A DNA stretch of 64,000 nt from Nannocystis bainbridge (GTDB lineage: Bacteria > Myxococcota_A > Polyangia > Nannocystales > Nannocystaceae): the NCBI RefSeq assembly GCF_028368995.1, contig NZ_JAQNDL010000001.1, positions 1,280,001 through 1,344,000 of the forward strand, given 5' to 3'. Positions 53,336 to 62,103 of this stretch are shown here, one piece after another; positions within the stretch are counted from its first letter, which is position 1, and the number at the start of each line of letters is the position of its first letter. The translations under genes and the position numbers were made by a program. The notes below the pieces were generated by a model that saw only the letters and a program-made list of their open reading frames with translations, searched no databases and had not been told where the DNA came from.

Positions 53336-54032
53336 CCCCCGCGGCGGCGCCGAGCGGCCTGCCCCCGGGGACATGTCCCACGGGCCAGCCGACTCCGCCG
53401 CCGTCGCGCCTGCCCTCGAGGTCATACATGCCCCCGGGGACATGTCCCACGGGCCAGCCGATACCGCCGCCTCCGCGCAGACGCCTGTCCCCCGAGACAT
53501 GTCCTCCGGGCCAGCCGATACCACCATCCATCCTGGCCCCATGCCTACCCCCCCGGGCATGTCCTCCGGGCCCTTCGACCCCCACGCCTCCGCCGTCTGG
53601 CCGTGGCTGGTCGGCCTGGTGCTGGTCGGCCTGTCGCTGTCGCCGATGCTGCGCCCGCTCGGCTACGACTCGTTCCCGTTCTCGAGCTTCCCGATGTTCG
53701 CCCACGGCCGCAAGGACGCCGTCACCAACGTGCACCGCGCCGTGGCCGTCGGGCCCGACGGCGCCAAGGTCTCGCTGCCCCCGCGCGCCCTCGGCAGCGA
53801 CGAGGTCCTGCAGGCCGACGTCACCCTGCGCCACGCCATCCGCCGCGGCAAAAAGGCCAGCGCCGCGCTGTGCCGCACCGTCGCCCGCCGGATCGCCGGC
53901 GACCCGGCCCACGCCGACGCCGTCGCCGTCGAGCTGCTGACCGAGCGCCACGACGCCCTCGCCTACTTCGCCGGCGACACCACCCCGCTGGCCCCACCCA
54001 AGCGGCAAGCCCGCTGCAAGATCGCGCGATGA
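53328..54032 (+). CDS. HTTM partner protein with repeat-derived N-terminus
   Basis: TM segment then DSFPFSSFPMF; coupled by overlaps to both neighbours. Confidence 0.65.
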   Translation: MADPRGGAERPAPGDMSHGPADSAAVAPALEVIHAPGDMSHGPADTAASAQTPVPRDMSSGPADTTIHPGPMPTPPGMSSGPFDPHASAVWPWLVGLVLVGLSLSPMLRPLGYDSFPFSSFPMFAHGRKDAVTNVHRAVAVGPDGAKVSLPPRALGSDEVLQADVTLRHAIRRGKKASAALCRTVARRIAGDPAHADAVAVELLTERHDALAYFAGDTTPLAPPKRQARCKIAR

Positions 54033-55021
54033 AGGACACGCCCTCCGACGCGACGCATGCCCCCAAGGACATGCCCCTGAAGCCAGGTCCGAACGGACAG
54101 GGCTGTTCGGACATGCTCTCCCGGGCAGCCCGCGCCGTCGACCGCTGGTACCGCCCGGTCGCCGCGCCCGAGCGCCTCGCGGCCCTGCGGATCCTCGTCG
54201 GCGGGTTCGCCGTCGCCTACCTCGCCCTGCGTCTGCCCAACCTGCTCGGCCTGCACGGCCTCGGCGGCTTCCGTCCGGTCGGCGTCGTCTCGGTCCTCGC
54301 CGCCCCGCTGACGACCGCCGCCGTGATCGTCCAGGCCGTGCTCGCCCTGCTGCTCGGCCTCGCCTTCGCCTTTGGCCTCGCCTTCCGCGTCAGCGGCCCC
54401 GCCTTCGCCTTCGTCCTGCTGTGGGTGCTGAGCTACCGCAACGCCTGGGGCATGATCTTCCACACCGAGAACCTGCTGGTCTTGCACACGCTCGCGCTCG
54501 GCTGCTCGCCCGCCGCCGACGTCTGGTCGCTCGACGCCCGCCGGGCCCGTCGCCGCGGCGCCCCCGAGCCTGTCCCTTCGACCAGGTACGGCTGGCCGGT
54601 GCGCCTGCTCGGCCTGCTCACCGTCGGCACCTACTTCGTCGCCGGGGTCGCCAAGCTGCGCCTGTCCGGCCTCGGCTGGGCCACCTCCGACCTGCTGCGC
54701 AACTACATCGCCTACGACAACCTGCGCAAGCACCTGCTCGGCGACTGGTACTCGCCGTTCGGCGCCTGGCTGGTCGGTCACGCCTGGCTGTTCCCGCCGC
54801 TGGCGACCGCCAGCCTCCTGCTCGAGCTGCTGGCCCCGATCGCCCTGCTCGGGCCCCGGATCGCCCGCGTCTGGTCGCTGCTGGCCTGGGGCTTCCACTT
54901 CGGCGTGTGGGCGATCATGGCGATCTTCTTCCCCTACCCGCTGCTCGGCCTCGCCTTCGCCCCGCTGTTCGCCGTCGAGCGCCTGCCGCTGCTGCGCCGC
55001 CTGGCCCGCAGCGCGGGCTGA
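54029..55021 (+). CDS. HTTM-domain membrane protein
   Basis: RLAALRILVG, WSLDA, YFVAGVAKL..SGLGW, GFHFG. Confidence 0.8.
   Translation: MKDTPSDATHAPKDMPLKPGPNGQGCSDMLSRAARAVDRWYRPVAAPERLAALRILVGGFAVAYLALRLPNLLGLHGLGGFRPVGVVSVLAAPLTTAAVIVQAVLALLLGLAFAFGLAFRVSGPAFAFVLLWVLSYRNAWGMIFHTENLLVLHTLALGCSPAADVWSLDARRARRRGAPEPVPSTRYGWPVRLLGLLTVGTYFVAGVAKLRLSGLGWATSDLLRNYIAYDNLRKHLLGDWYSPFGAWLVGHAWLFPPLATASLLLELLAPIALLGPRIARVWSLLAWGFHFGVWAIMAIFFPYPLLGLAFAPLFAVERLPLLRRLARSAG
54053..54118. repeat. 14-bp-period array at the 5' end of the HTTM gene
   Basis: Cores at 54056, 54070, 54084, 54098, 54112. Confidence 0.85.
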
Positions 55022-55222
55022 CCGCCGAGGCGTCGAGGGGACATGTCCCTCGGGACATCCTCCGCCTCTTCGCCTCGTCCGCGACCCGCCGGCCGCGGAC
55101 GCCCCCAGGTGCTACGCCGCCTGGCCCACAGCGCAGGCTGACCGCCGAGACCTCGAGTGACCTGTCCCTCGGGACATCCTCCGCGCCTCGTCGCATCCGT
55201 GATCCGCCGGCCGCGGACGCCC
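54992..55222 (+). repeat. ~120-bp imperfect tandem duplication of the HTTM gene 3' end
   Basis: CGCCGCCTGGCCC...GCTGACCGCCGAG...TGTCCCTCGGGACATCCTCCGC...CGCCGGCCGCGGACGCCC occurs twice. Confidence 0.8.
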
Positions 55223-55400
55223 GCCGGTACATGTCCCTTCGACCAGGTGATCCGCCCCCGCTCGACCACAGCGCCGTATCGTGACCTGTCCCTTCGGCCA
55301 GCCCCATCGCCCCATCGCTCCTTCCCCTTGGACCCGCCGTTCGCCGCCCGCCGCCCACCGCTGGACCGGGCCCGCCCGGTGTGCCACGCTACGCGCGCCG

Positions 55401-56240
55401 ATGTCCTTGCGCTCGCGCGTCTGTCACCTCCTCCTCGCCGCTCTGGCCGCCTGTGAGCCGCCAGTGGCGCCCGCGGCCGCCAGCACTCCGCCGGCGCCGC
55501 TCCCCGCTCCCGCGCCTGCTCCGGCGCCTGCTCCGGCTCCTGCGGCCCCGACCCCTGCCGCTCCGCCCGCCCCGGCCACCCCCTACCGCGCGCTGGCCGG
55601 CATCGAGTACGTCGAGCTGGTCACCGCCCGAGCTGACCCCGAGGCCAGGTTGCCGCTGATCGTCGTCATCCACGGCCTCGGTGACCGCCCCGAGCGGTTC
55701 TCCGTGCTCGTCGACGACCTCCCGGTCGCCGCGCGCATCATCCTCCCGCGCGGCCTCGACCCCGTCGAAAGCGGCTGGTCGTGGTTCCCGATCCGCGCCC
55801 GCAGCCCCGACGTCAGCGGTCTGGCCGGCGGCATCGCCCGCGCCGGCGACGCCCTGCTCCCGTTCGTGCGCGAGCTCGTCACCACCCGCCCCACCGTCGG
55901 CAAGCCGATCGTCACCGGCTTCTCGCAGGGCGGCATGCTCTCGTTCTACCTCGCCGTCCGCGCCCCCGAGCTGTTCGCGGCCGCCTTCCCGATCGGCGGC
56001 TGGCTGCCGCCGCCGCTGTGGCCGCGCAAGAAAGCGACCGTCACGATCCCGATCGAGGCCCTCCACGGCGCGGTCGATCAGGCCGTCAAGCTCGCGCCCA
56101 CCCAGCAGGCCGTCGAGCGCCTGCAAGACCTCGGCTGGCCGGCCAAGCTCGAGGTCTGGCCCGACGTCGGCCACGCCGTCCCTCCTGCCATGCGCCACGA
56201 CCTCCACCAGCGCATCAAGAAGGCCCTGCCATCGCCATGA
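55401..56240 (+). CDS. Phospholipase/carboxylesterase lipoprotein
   Basis: LAAC, HGLGD, GFSQGG, HGAVD, GH. Confidence 0.88.
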   Translation: MSLRSRVCHLLLAALAACEPPVAPAAASTPPAPLPAPAPAPAPAPAPAAPTPAAPPAPATPYRALAGIEYVELVTARADPEARLPLIVVIHGLGDRPERFSVLVDDLPVAARIILPRGLDPVESGWSWFPIRARSPDVSGLAGGIARAGDALLPFVRELVTTRPTVGKPIVTGFSQGGMLSFYLAVRAPELFAAAFPIGGWLPPPLWPRKKATVTIPIEALHGAVDQAVKLAPTQQAVERLQDLGWPAKLEVWPDVGHAVPPAMRHDLHQRIKKALPSP

Positions 56241-57112
56241 ACGACCCCAACCTCAACTCGGGCCCGGCCAAGAAGCAGCGCAAGCTGCGGACCTACCCCG
56301 GCCTCGGCCCCCGCGACTTCATGCACCCGTGGGACATCAAGGCCACCGCCGCGCTCCACCGCGTGCCCGGCTTCGACCGCCTGATCGCCAAGGTCATGGA
56401 GTACGGCCTCGAGCGGATCCTCTACCTCGAGAACATCGCCGACAACGTGCGCGTGACCGAGAAGATGTTCCCGCGGCTGTACCGCTACCTCAAGTGGAGC
56501 TGCGCCATCCTCGGGGTCGAGGAGCCGGAGCTGTACGTCAGCCTCGATCCGGCGCCCAACGCCTACACCTACGGCCACACGCGGCCCTTCATCGTCCTCA
56601 CCTCCGGCCTCATCGACGTGCTCGGCGAGCAGGAGCAGTTCTACGCGGTGGCCCACGAGGTCGGCCACATCAAGTGCGAGCACTCGCTCTACACCACGGT
56701 CGCCCGCAACATCGCCGCCGTGATCGAGATCTTCAGCCAGGCCACGCTCGGCCTCGGCTCTCTGCTCGGCAAGGGCATCGAGCTGCCGCTCTACGACTGG
56801 ATGCGCAAGAGCGAATTGTCGGCCGACCGCGCCGCGCTGATGTGCGTGCAGGACAAGGACGTCGCCCTCCGCACCTTCATGAAGCTCGCCGGCGGGGCCC
56901 AGAAGCTCTACGCCGAGATGGACCAGGACGAGTTCCTGCGCCAGATCCGGGCCTACGAGGAGGCCGACGAGTCGACCCTCAACAAGGTCTACAAGTTCCT
57001 CATCACCGCCATGCGCACCCACCCGTTCCCGATCCTGCGCGCCAAGCACCTCGACGAGTGGATCACCAGCGGCGACTACGACAAGCTCGCCCGCACCGCC
57101 AGCAGCGAGTGA
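56237..57112 (+). CDS. M48 family zinc metallopeptidase
   Basis: PNAYT, HEVGH, ELSADRA, THP. Confidence 0.9.
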   Translation: MNDPNLNSGPAKKQRKLRTYPGLGPRDFMHPWDIKATAALHRVPGFDRLIAKVMEYGLERILYLENIADNVRVTEKMFPRLYRYLKWSCAILGVEEPELYVSLDPAPNAYTYGHTRPFIVLTSGLIDVLGEQEQFYAVAHEVGHIKCEHSLYTTVARNIAAVIEIFSQATLGLGSLLGKGIELPLYDWMRKSELSADRAALMCVQDKDVALRTFMKLAGGAQKLYAEMDQDEFLRQIRAYEEADESTLNKVYKFLITAMRTHPFPILRAKHLDEWITSGDYDKLARTASSE

Positions 57113-57136
57113 CGGCCGCGCAGTCTCGCGCCCCGT

Positions 57137-57161
57137 GTAACTTCGCCGCCTCGCCCGCGTA
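57137..57161 (+). promoter_or_regulatory. Possible ECF-type promoter for msrA
   Basis: GTAAC-N16-CGTA ending 16 bp before the ATG. Confidence 0.35.
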
Positions 57162-57177
57162 GTCCCGAGCGCCCGCC

Positions 57178-57801
57178 ATGTTCACCACCACGCGAAGACT
57201 GTTCGTCGGTTTGCTCGCCCTCGCCGCCGCCTGCGGCACCACCGAGCCGGGCCACAAGAAGCCCGCCCCCGCGGCCACGCCCGCGCCCACGCCGAGCGGC
57301 GCCACCGAGCTCGGCTACTTCGCCGGCGGCTGCTTCTGGGGCGTCGAGCATTTCCTCGAGCAGATGCCCGGCGTGCTCGACGTCGAGTCGGGCTACATGG
57401 GCGGCGCCGTCGAGGCCCCCACCTACGAGCAGGTCTCGAGCGGCGTCAGCGGCCACGCCGAGACCGTGCGCGTCACCTTCGATCCGCAGCAGGTCGGCTA
57501 CGAGGCGGTGGCCAGGCGCTTCTTCGAGATCCACGACCCCACCGAGGTCGATCGCCAGGGCCCCGACATCGGCCCGCAGTACCGCTCGGCCGTGTTCGTC
57601 ACCGGCCCCGAACAGCGCGCCGCCGCCGAGTCGCTGATCGCTCGCCTCAAGGCCAATGGCTACGCGGTCGCCACCACGGTCGAGGACGCCGGCAAGTTCT
57701 GGTCGGCCGAGGAGTACCATCAAAATTATTATGTGCGCACCCGCAAGACCCCCTATTGCCACATGCCGGTGCCACGATTCGACCAGCCCTCCAGCTCGTG
57801 A
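57178..57801 (+). CDS. msrA: Peptide methionine-S-sulfoxide reductase, lipoprotein
   Basis: GGCFWG, GHAE, QGPDIGPQYRS, AEEYHQNY; AAAC lipobox. Confidence 0.93.
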   Translation: MFTTTRRLFVGLLALAAACGTTEPGHKKPAPAATPAPTPSGATELGYFAGGCFWGVEHFLEQMPGVLDVESGYMGGAVEAPTYEQVSSGVSGHAETVRVTFDPQQVGYEAVARRFFEIHDPTEVDRQGPDIGPQYRSAVFVTGPEQRAAAESLIARLKANGYAVATTVEDAGKFWSAEEYHQNYYVRTRKTPYCHMPVPRFDQPSSS

Positions 57802-57940
57802 TCGTGCGCCCCGGCTTTGACGGGCCCAGGGCTCGGTCCGCGGCGCCCGTGCGCGGCCCGAATCAGCGCACGCGACTGACAGCTTGACGCAGAGGTCCCG
57901 CGAGGCCGTGGTCGCTCAGTCTCGCCGATCGGCGGCCCTC

Positions 57941-58058
57941 GTGCGCGAGCACGACCTGAAATCCGCGCGCTCTCGGTGCCGCGATCGTCGGCCCCCGTGC
58001 GCGAGCACGACCTGAAATCCGCGCGCACTCGGTCCGCGATCGTCGGTCTCCGTGCGCG
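57941..58058. repeat. ~56-bp tandem duplication upstream of the ECF sigma gene
   Basis: GTGCGCGAGCACGACCTGAAATCCGCGCGC at 57941 and 57997. Confidence 0.85.
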
Positions 58059-58171
58059 CCCGCGGCCGCCTCGAACGACCGCCCGCCGCGCTCGCCCGCG
58101 CGCCCGGACCTCCCTCGCAGTTCGCGTGTAATGCCTCCGGCGCTCGCGGTAAGACGCTCTGAGCCCCTCGC

Positions 58172-58819
58172 ATGAGCGTCCCGAGCCCACGCGCCGCCCG
58201 CCTCGCGGCCAGTCACCTGCGCGCGGTCGAACCCGCCGGCGCGGAACTCGGCGCGCCCACCCCCGCCCTCGTCGCCCGCGCCTGCGCCGGTGAAGTCGCC
58301 GCCTGGGCCCACCTCTACCAGCTCTGTTACCCGGCCGTCTTTCGCCAGCTCCGCTACTACACCGGCGACACCGGCGTCGCCGAGGAGCTCGCCCAGGAGG
58401 CCTTCGCCCAGGCCATGGCCAGCCGCGAGCGCTTCGACCCTTCGCGCACCTTCCAGGCCTGGCTGCACGGCGTCGCCCTCAACGTCGTGCGCAAATACTG
58501 GCGCCGGCAACGCAACACCTCCGCTGCCCACGCCCGCCTCGAGGCCATGGGTCGCAGCTGCCCACCCGCCGGCGTCGGCCCCGACGACTTCCACCTCCAG
58601 CGCGAGCGCAGCCGCGTCCTCTACGCCGTGCTCGCCGAGCTGCCCGAGCGCCTGCGCGAGGCCTTCCTCGTGCGCGAGCTGCAGGGCCTGCCCAGCGACG
58701 AGGCCGCCGCCCTGCTCGGCATCTCGACCGGCAACCTCCACGTCCGGGTCTGCCGCGCCCGCGCCCACATCCACGCCGAGCTGCGCCGCCTGGGCTGGCT
58801 GCCCGGAGGTGCGCCGTGA
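58172..58819 (+). CDS. ECF RNA polymerase sigma factor
   Basis: AEELAQEAF, FQAWLHGVALN, LPERLREAF..REL region 4. Confidence 0.9.
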   Translation: MSVPSPRAARLAASHLRAVEPAGAELGAPTPALVARACAGEVAAWAHLYQLCYPAVFRQLRYYTGDTGVAEELAQEAFAQAMASRERFDPSRTFQAWLHGVALNVVRKYWRRQRNTSAAHARLEAMGRSCPPAGVGPDDFHLQRERSRVLYAVLAELPERLREAFLVRELQGLPSDEAAALLGISTGNLHVRVCRARAHIHAELRRLGWLPGGAP

Positions 58820-59934
58820 CCGACGATCGCCGCCTCGATCCGTTCCTCGCCGCCGCCGCCGCCGAGGCCGAGCGCAGCGCCACGCGCCCGCCGCCCAGCT
58901 TCGCCGCCGTGCTCGCGCGCGCCCACAGCCTCGCCCCCGACGCCGTGGCCCCGCCGGCCGCCGCGCCCACGCTCTCTGCATTGCCCTTCGGACATGTTCT
59001 TTACGACATGCCCGATGCGCCATCCTCCCCCGCCACCGCGCGGCCTCCCGGACACGCCCCGTCCGCCGGACCCGACGCGCCCCCGGCACGGACCGCAGGG
59101 CCATCCCCCGACCCGCACGCCGCCGACCTCGCGCCCTTCCTCACCGCCGCGCGCGGCCTCACCGACGCCGACGTGGCAGCGCAGCTGCGCCGCCCGCTCC
59201 CGCCGCTCCCGCGCCCGCGCCCACGCGTCCCCCTGCTCGTGTGGGCGGCCGCCGCCGCGCTGCTGCTGCTGGCCGGCGCCGGCGCCCTACGTCGCCTCGC
59301 CGATCCCGCCCACGCCGATCGCACCGCAGCCCAGGCCGACGACACCGTGCGCGGTCGCCCGCAGCAGCACCAATCCGAGCCGCGCGTCCCGTCCAGCAAT
59401 GTCCGTAACGACATGTCCGATAGAACAGGTCCGGAAGGCCATATCGCCGACCACCCCGCCGAACATGTCCCAGCGCCCCAGGCACCCGCCGCACCTGCCC
59501 AAAAAGACATCTCACCTCTCAAGCCCGCGCCATCCCCTGTCTCCGCGGCCCGCAAGCCGGTCACCGACGCGCTCGCCGATCAGCTCGCCCGCCTCGACGA
59601 CGAGGCCGAGGCCCTGCTCCTCGCCGGCGCTCTCGATCAGGCCGACGCGCGCTATCAGCAGATGATCGCCATCGGCGGGCGGCGAGCTGCCGTCGAGCAC
59701 GCCTTCGCCGATCGCTGGCTGCTGGCCCGGCGCCAGGGCGACGACGCCGGCCACCGCCAGCTCCTGCACGCCTACCTCAAAAAATTCCCGCGCGGTCGGT
59801 TCGCCGACGAGGCCAGCGCCGGCCTCTGTCGGCTCGCCGACGCCGACGCCCGCCCTGACTGCTGGCGGGCCTACCGCGAGCGCTTCCCCGCCGGCGCCTA
59901 CCGCCGCGAGGCCGACGAGGCGGCCGTCCCATGA
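58816..59934 (+). CDS. Putative membrane anti-sigma factor with TPR-like C-terminus
   Basis: Overlaps the sigma stop; one TM; YLKKFPRG and YRERFPAG motifs. Confidence 0.7.
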   Translation: MTDDRRLDPFLAAAAAEAERSATRPPPSFAAVLARAHSLAPDAVAPPAAAPTLSALPFGHVLYDMPDAPSSPATARPPGHAPSAGPDAPPARTAGPSPDPHAADLAPFLTAARGLTDADVAAQLRRPLPPLPRPRPRVPLLVWAAAAALLLLAGAGALRRLADPAHADRTAAQADDTVRGRPQQHQSEPRVPSSNVRNDMSDRTGPEGHIADHPAEHVPAPQAPAAPAQKDISPLKPAPSPVSAARKPVTDALADQLARLDDEAEALLLAGALDQADARYQQMIAIGGRRAAVEHAFADRWLLARRQGDDAGHRQLLHAYLKKFPRGRFADEASAGLCRLADADARPDCWRAYRERFPAGAYRREADEAAVP

Positions 59935-60794
59935 GCCCGCGTCGCCTGCTGCTCGTCCTCCCGCTGATGCTCGCCTGCGGCATCGACACCTACGTGCTCG
60001 AGTTCGAAAGCGCCGGCGAGCCCACCACCACCTCCTCCTCGTCCGCCGCCACCAGCGAACCTCCGACCACCGACGACCCCACCACGACCGAGCCCGGGCC
60101 CGACGACACCACTCAGGGACAGACCACCGACGTCTCCACCACCTGTCTCGGCCCCGCCTGCGAGGTCCTCCCCGACGGCGCCTGCGATCCCGAGAATCCC
60201 CTCGACCCCGACTGCGACGACCAGGTCTGCAACCTGGACGACCCGCTCGATCTCGACTGCGACGACGGCTGGTGTCCGATCGGCGACCCCGCCGACCCCG
60301 ACTGTCACGACGGCGACTGCAACCCGCAGAACATGGGCGACGGCGACTGCGACGACGATTACTGCGACAAGTTCGACGGCGACGACCTCGACTGCGACGA
60401 CGGCCGCTGCAACGTCATGCTCGATCCCGGCGATCCCGACTGCAGTGACGGCCAGTGCGACGGCGATCCCGGCGACCCTGAATGCATGCAGCCGTGCCAG
60501 CCGGGCGACCCGAATTGCAGCGACGGCACCTGCGATCCGATGAACCCCGCCGACCCCGACTGCATCGCGTGCATGGCCGACGCCGACTGCCCCCTCTCGC
60601 AGGTGTGCGTGAACGGCCTCTGTCAATGCAACGACGCCAACGACCCCGGCTGCGCCGGCGACGGCGTCTGCGATCCCGACCTCATGGGCGATCCCGACTG
60701 CGGCGACGGCGTCTGCGAGCCCATGCTGCCGGGCGATCCCGACTGCGGTGACGGCGTCTGCGATCCGATGAACCCCGCCGACCCAGACTGCTGA
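59931..60794 (+). CDS. Cys/Asp/Pro-rich repeat lipoprotein
   Basis: MLAC lipobox; DGxCDP..DPDC repeats. Confidence 0.8.
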   Translation: MSPRRLLLVLPLMLACGIDTYVLEFESAGEPTTTSSSSAATSEPPTTDDPTTTEPGPDDTTQGQTTDVSTTCLGPACEVLPDGACDPENPLDPDCDDQVCNLDDPLDLDCDDGWCPIGDPADPDCHDGDCNPQNMGDGDCDDDYCDKFDGDDLDCDDGRCNVMLDPGDPDCSDGQCDGDPGDPECMQPCQPGDPNCSDGTCDPMNPADPDCIACMADADCPLSQVCVNGLCQCNDANDPGCAGDGVCDPDLMGDPDCGDGVCEPMLPGDPDCGDGVCDPMNPADPDC

Positions 60795-60856
60795 AAATCA
60801 AACTCTCTGCCCGGGCACCCATCCCCGTCCGGCCGCCTCTGTCCCCAAGGAGCTCC

Positions 60857-62071
60857 ATGCGTCCCCAGTCCTTCCGCAACCCATCCTCAGTCCTGCTCTC
60901 ATTCGCCTTGCTGTTCGGCCTCGCCTGCCAGATCGAGCTCAAGGGCGGCGACACGGCCGGCCTCGACGACGACGACACCTCCGGCGGCATGCAGCCCGTC
61001 TGCGATCCCAATCAGGTCATGGACCCCGATTGTTGGGACGGCGCCTGCGACCCGAACAACGCCGACAACGACCCCGACTGCTGGACGCCGCCAGGCGACG
61101 GCGTCTGCGAGATGGAGCCGAACGACCCGGATTGTCAGCCGCCGTGCCAGGGCGACGAGTGCCCCGACAACGTCTGCGATCCGATGAACCCTGCCGATCC
61201 CGACTGCGGCAGCGGCGGCGACGGCTGGTGCGACCTCGACATCATGGGCGACCCCGACTGCGGCGACGGCGTCTGCAACCCGATGAACCCCGGCGACCCC
61301 GACTGCCAGAGCTGCGACCCCAACCTGCCCGGGTGCGGCGGCGACGGCATGTGCGATCCGATGGACCCCGCCGATCCCGACTGCCAGAACCAGTGCAGCG
61401 CCGACGCCGACTGCCCGCAAGCCCAGGTGTGCATCAACGGCGCCTGCCAGTGCGCCGACCCGATGGATCCGAATTGCGGCGGCGGCGACGGCTGGTGCGA
61501 CATCGACATCATGGGCGACCCCGACTGCGGCGACGGCGTGTGCAACCCGATGAACCCCGCCGATCCCGACTGCCAGAACAGCTGCCCGCCCGGCGATCCC
61601 AATTGCCCCGACAACGTCTGCGACCCCGCCAACCCCATGGACCCCGACTGCTGGTTCATGTGCGTCGCCGACTCCGACTGCCCCATGGGACAGGTGTGCA
61701 TCGAGGGCCTGTGCGGCTGCGCCGACCCGAACGACCCCCAGTGCGGCGGCTCCGACGGCGTGTGCGACCCGATGAACCCCGCCGATCCCGACTGCTTCCA
61801 GTGCGACCCCGCCGATCCCATGTGCTTCGACGGCTTCTGCGATCCCATGCTGCCGGGCGACCCCGACTGCGGCTTCGTCTGCACCAGCGACGCCGACTGC
61901 GGCCCCGGCAACGTGTGCGTCAACGGGGCCTGCGAGTGCTTCGGCGTGTCCTGCCCGGACGGCGTGTGCGACCCGAACGCGCCCCAGGACCCCGACTGCC
62001 AGCCCCCGGCCTGCATGAGCGACGCCGACTGCCCGCTCGCGCAGGCCTGCCTCATGGGTCTGTGCCTGTGA
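60857..62071 (+). CDS. Cys/Asp/Pro-rich repeat lipoprotein (paralog of the upstream gene)
   Basis: GLAC lipobox, AAGGAG RBS; DGVCDPMNPADPDC and C..DADC...QVC..G.C units. Confidence 0.85.
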   Translation: MRPQSFRNPSSVLLSFALLFGLACQIELKGGDTAGLDDDDTSGGMQPVCDPNQVMDPDCWDGACDPNNADNDPDCWTPPGDGVCEMEPNDPDCQPPCQGDECPDNVCDPMNPADPDCGSGGDGWCDLDIMGDPDCGDGVCNPMNPGDPDCQSCDPNLPGCGGDGMCDPMDPADPDCQNQCSADADCPQAQVCINGACQCADPMDPNCGGGDGWCDIDIMGDPDCGDGVCNPMNPADPDCQNSCPPGDPNCPDNVCDPANPMDPDCWFMCVADSDCPMGQVCIEGLCGCADPNDPQCGGSDGVCDPMNPADPDCFQCDPADPMCFDGFCDPMLPGDPDCGFVCTSDADCGPGNVCVNGACECFGVSCPDGVCDPNAPQDPDCQPPACMSDADCPLAQACLMGLCL

Positions 62072-62103
62072 GCCGCCCGCGCTGCTAACATCCGCCGCCC
62101 CGC

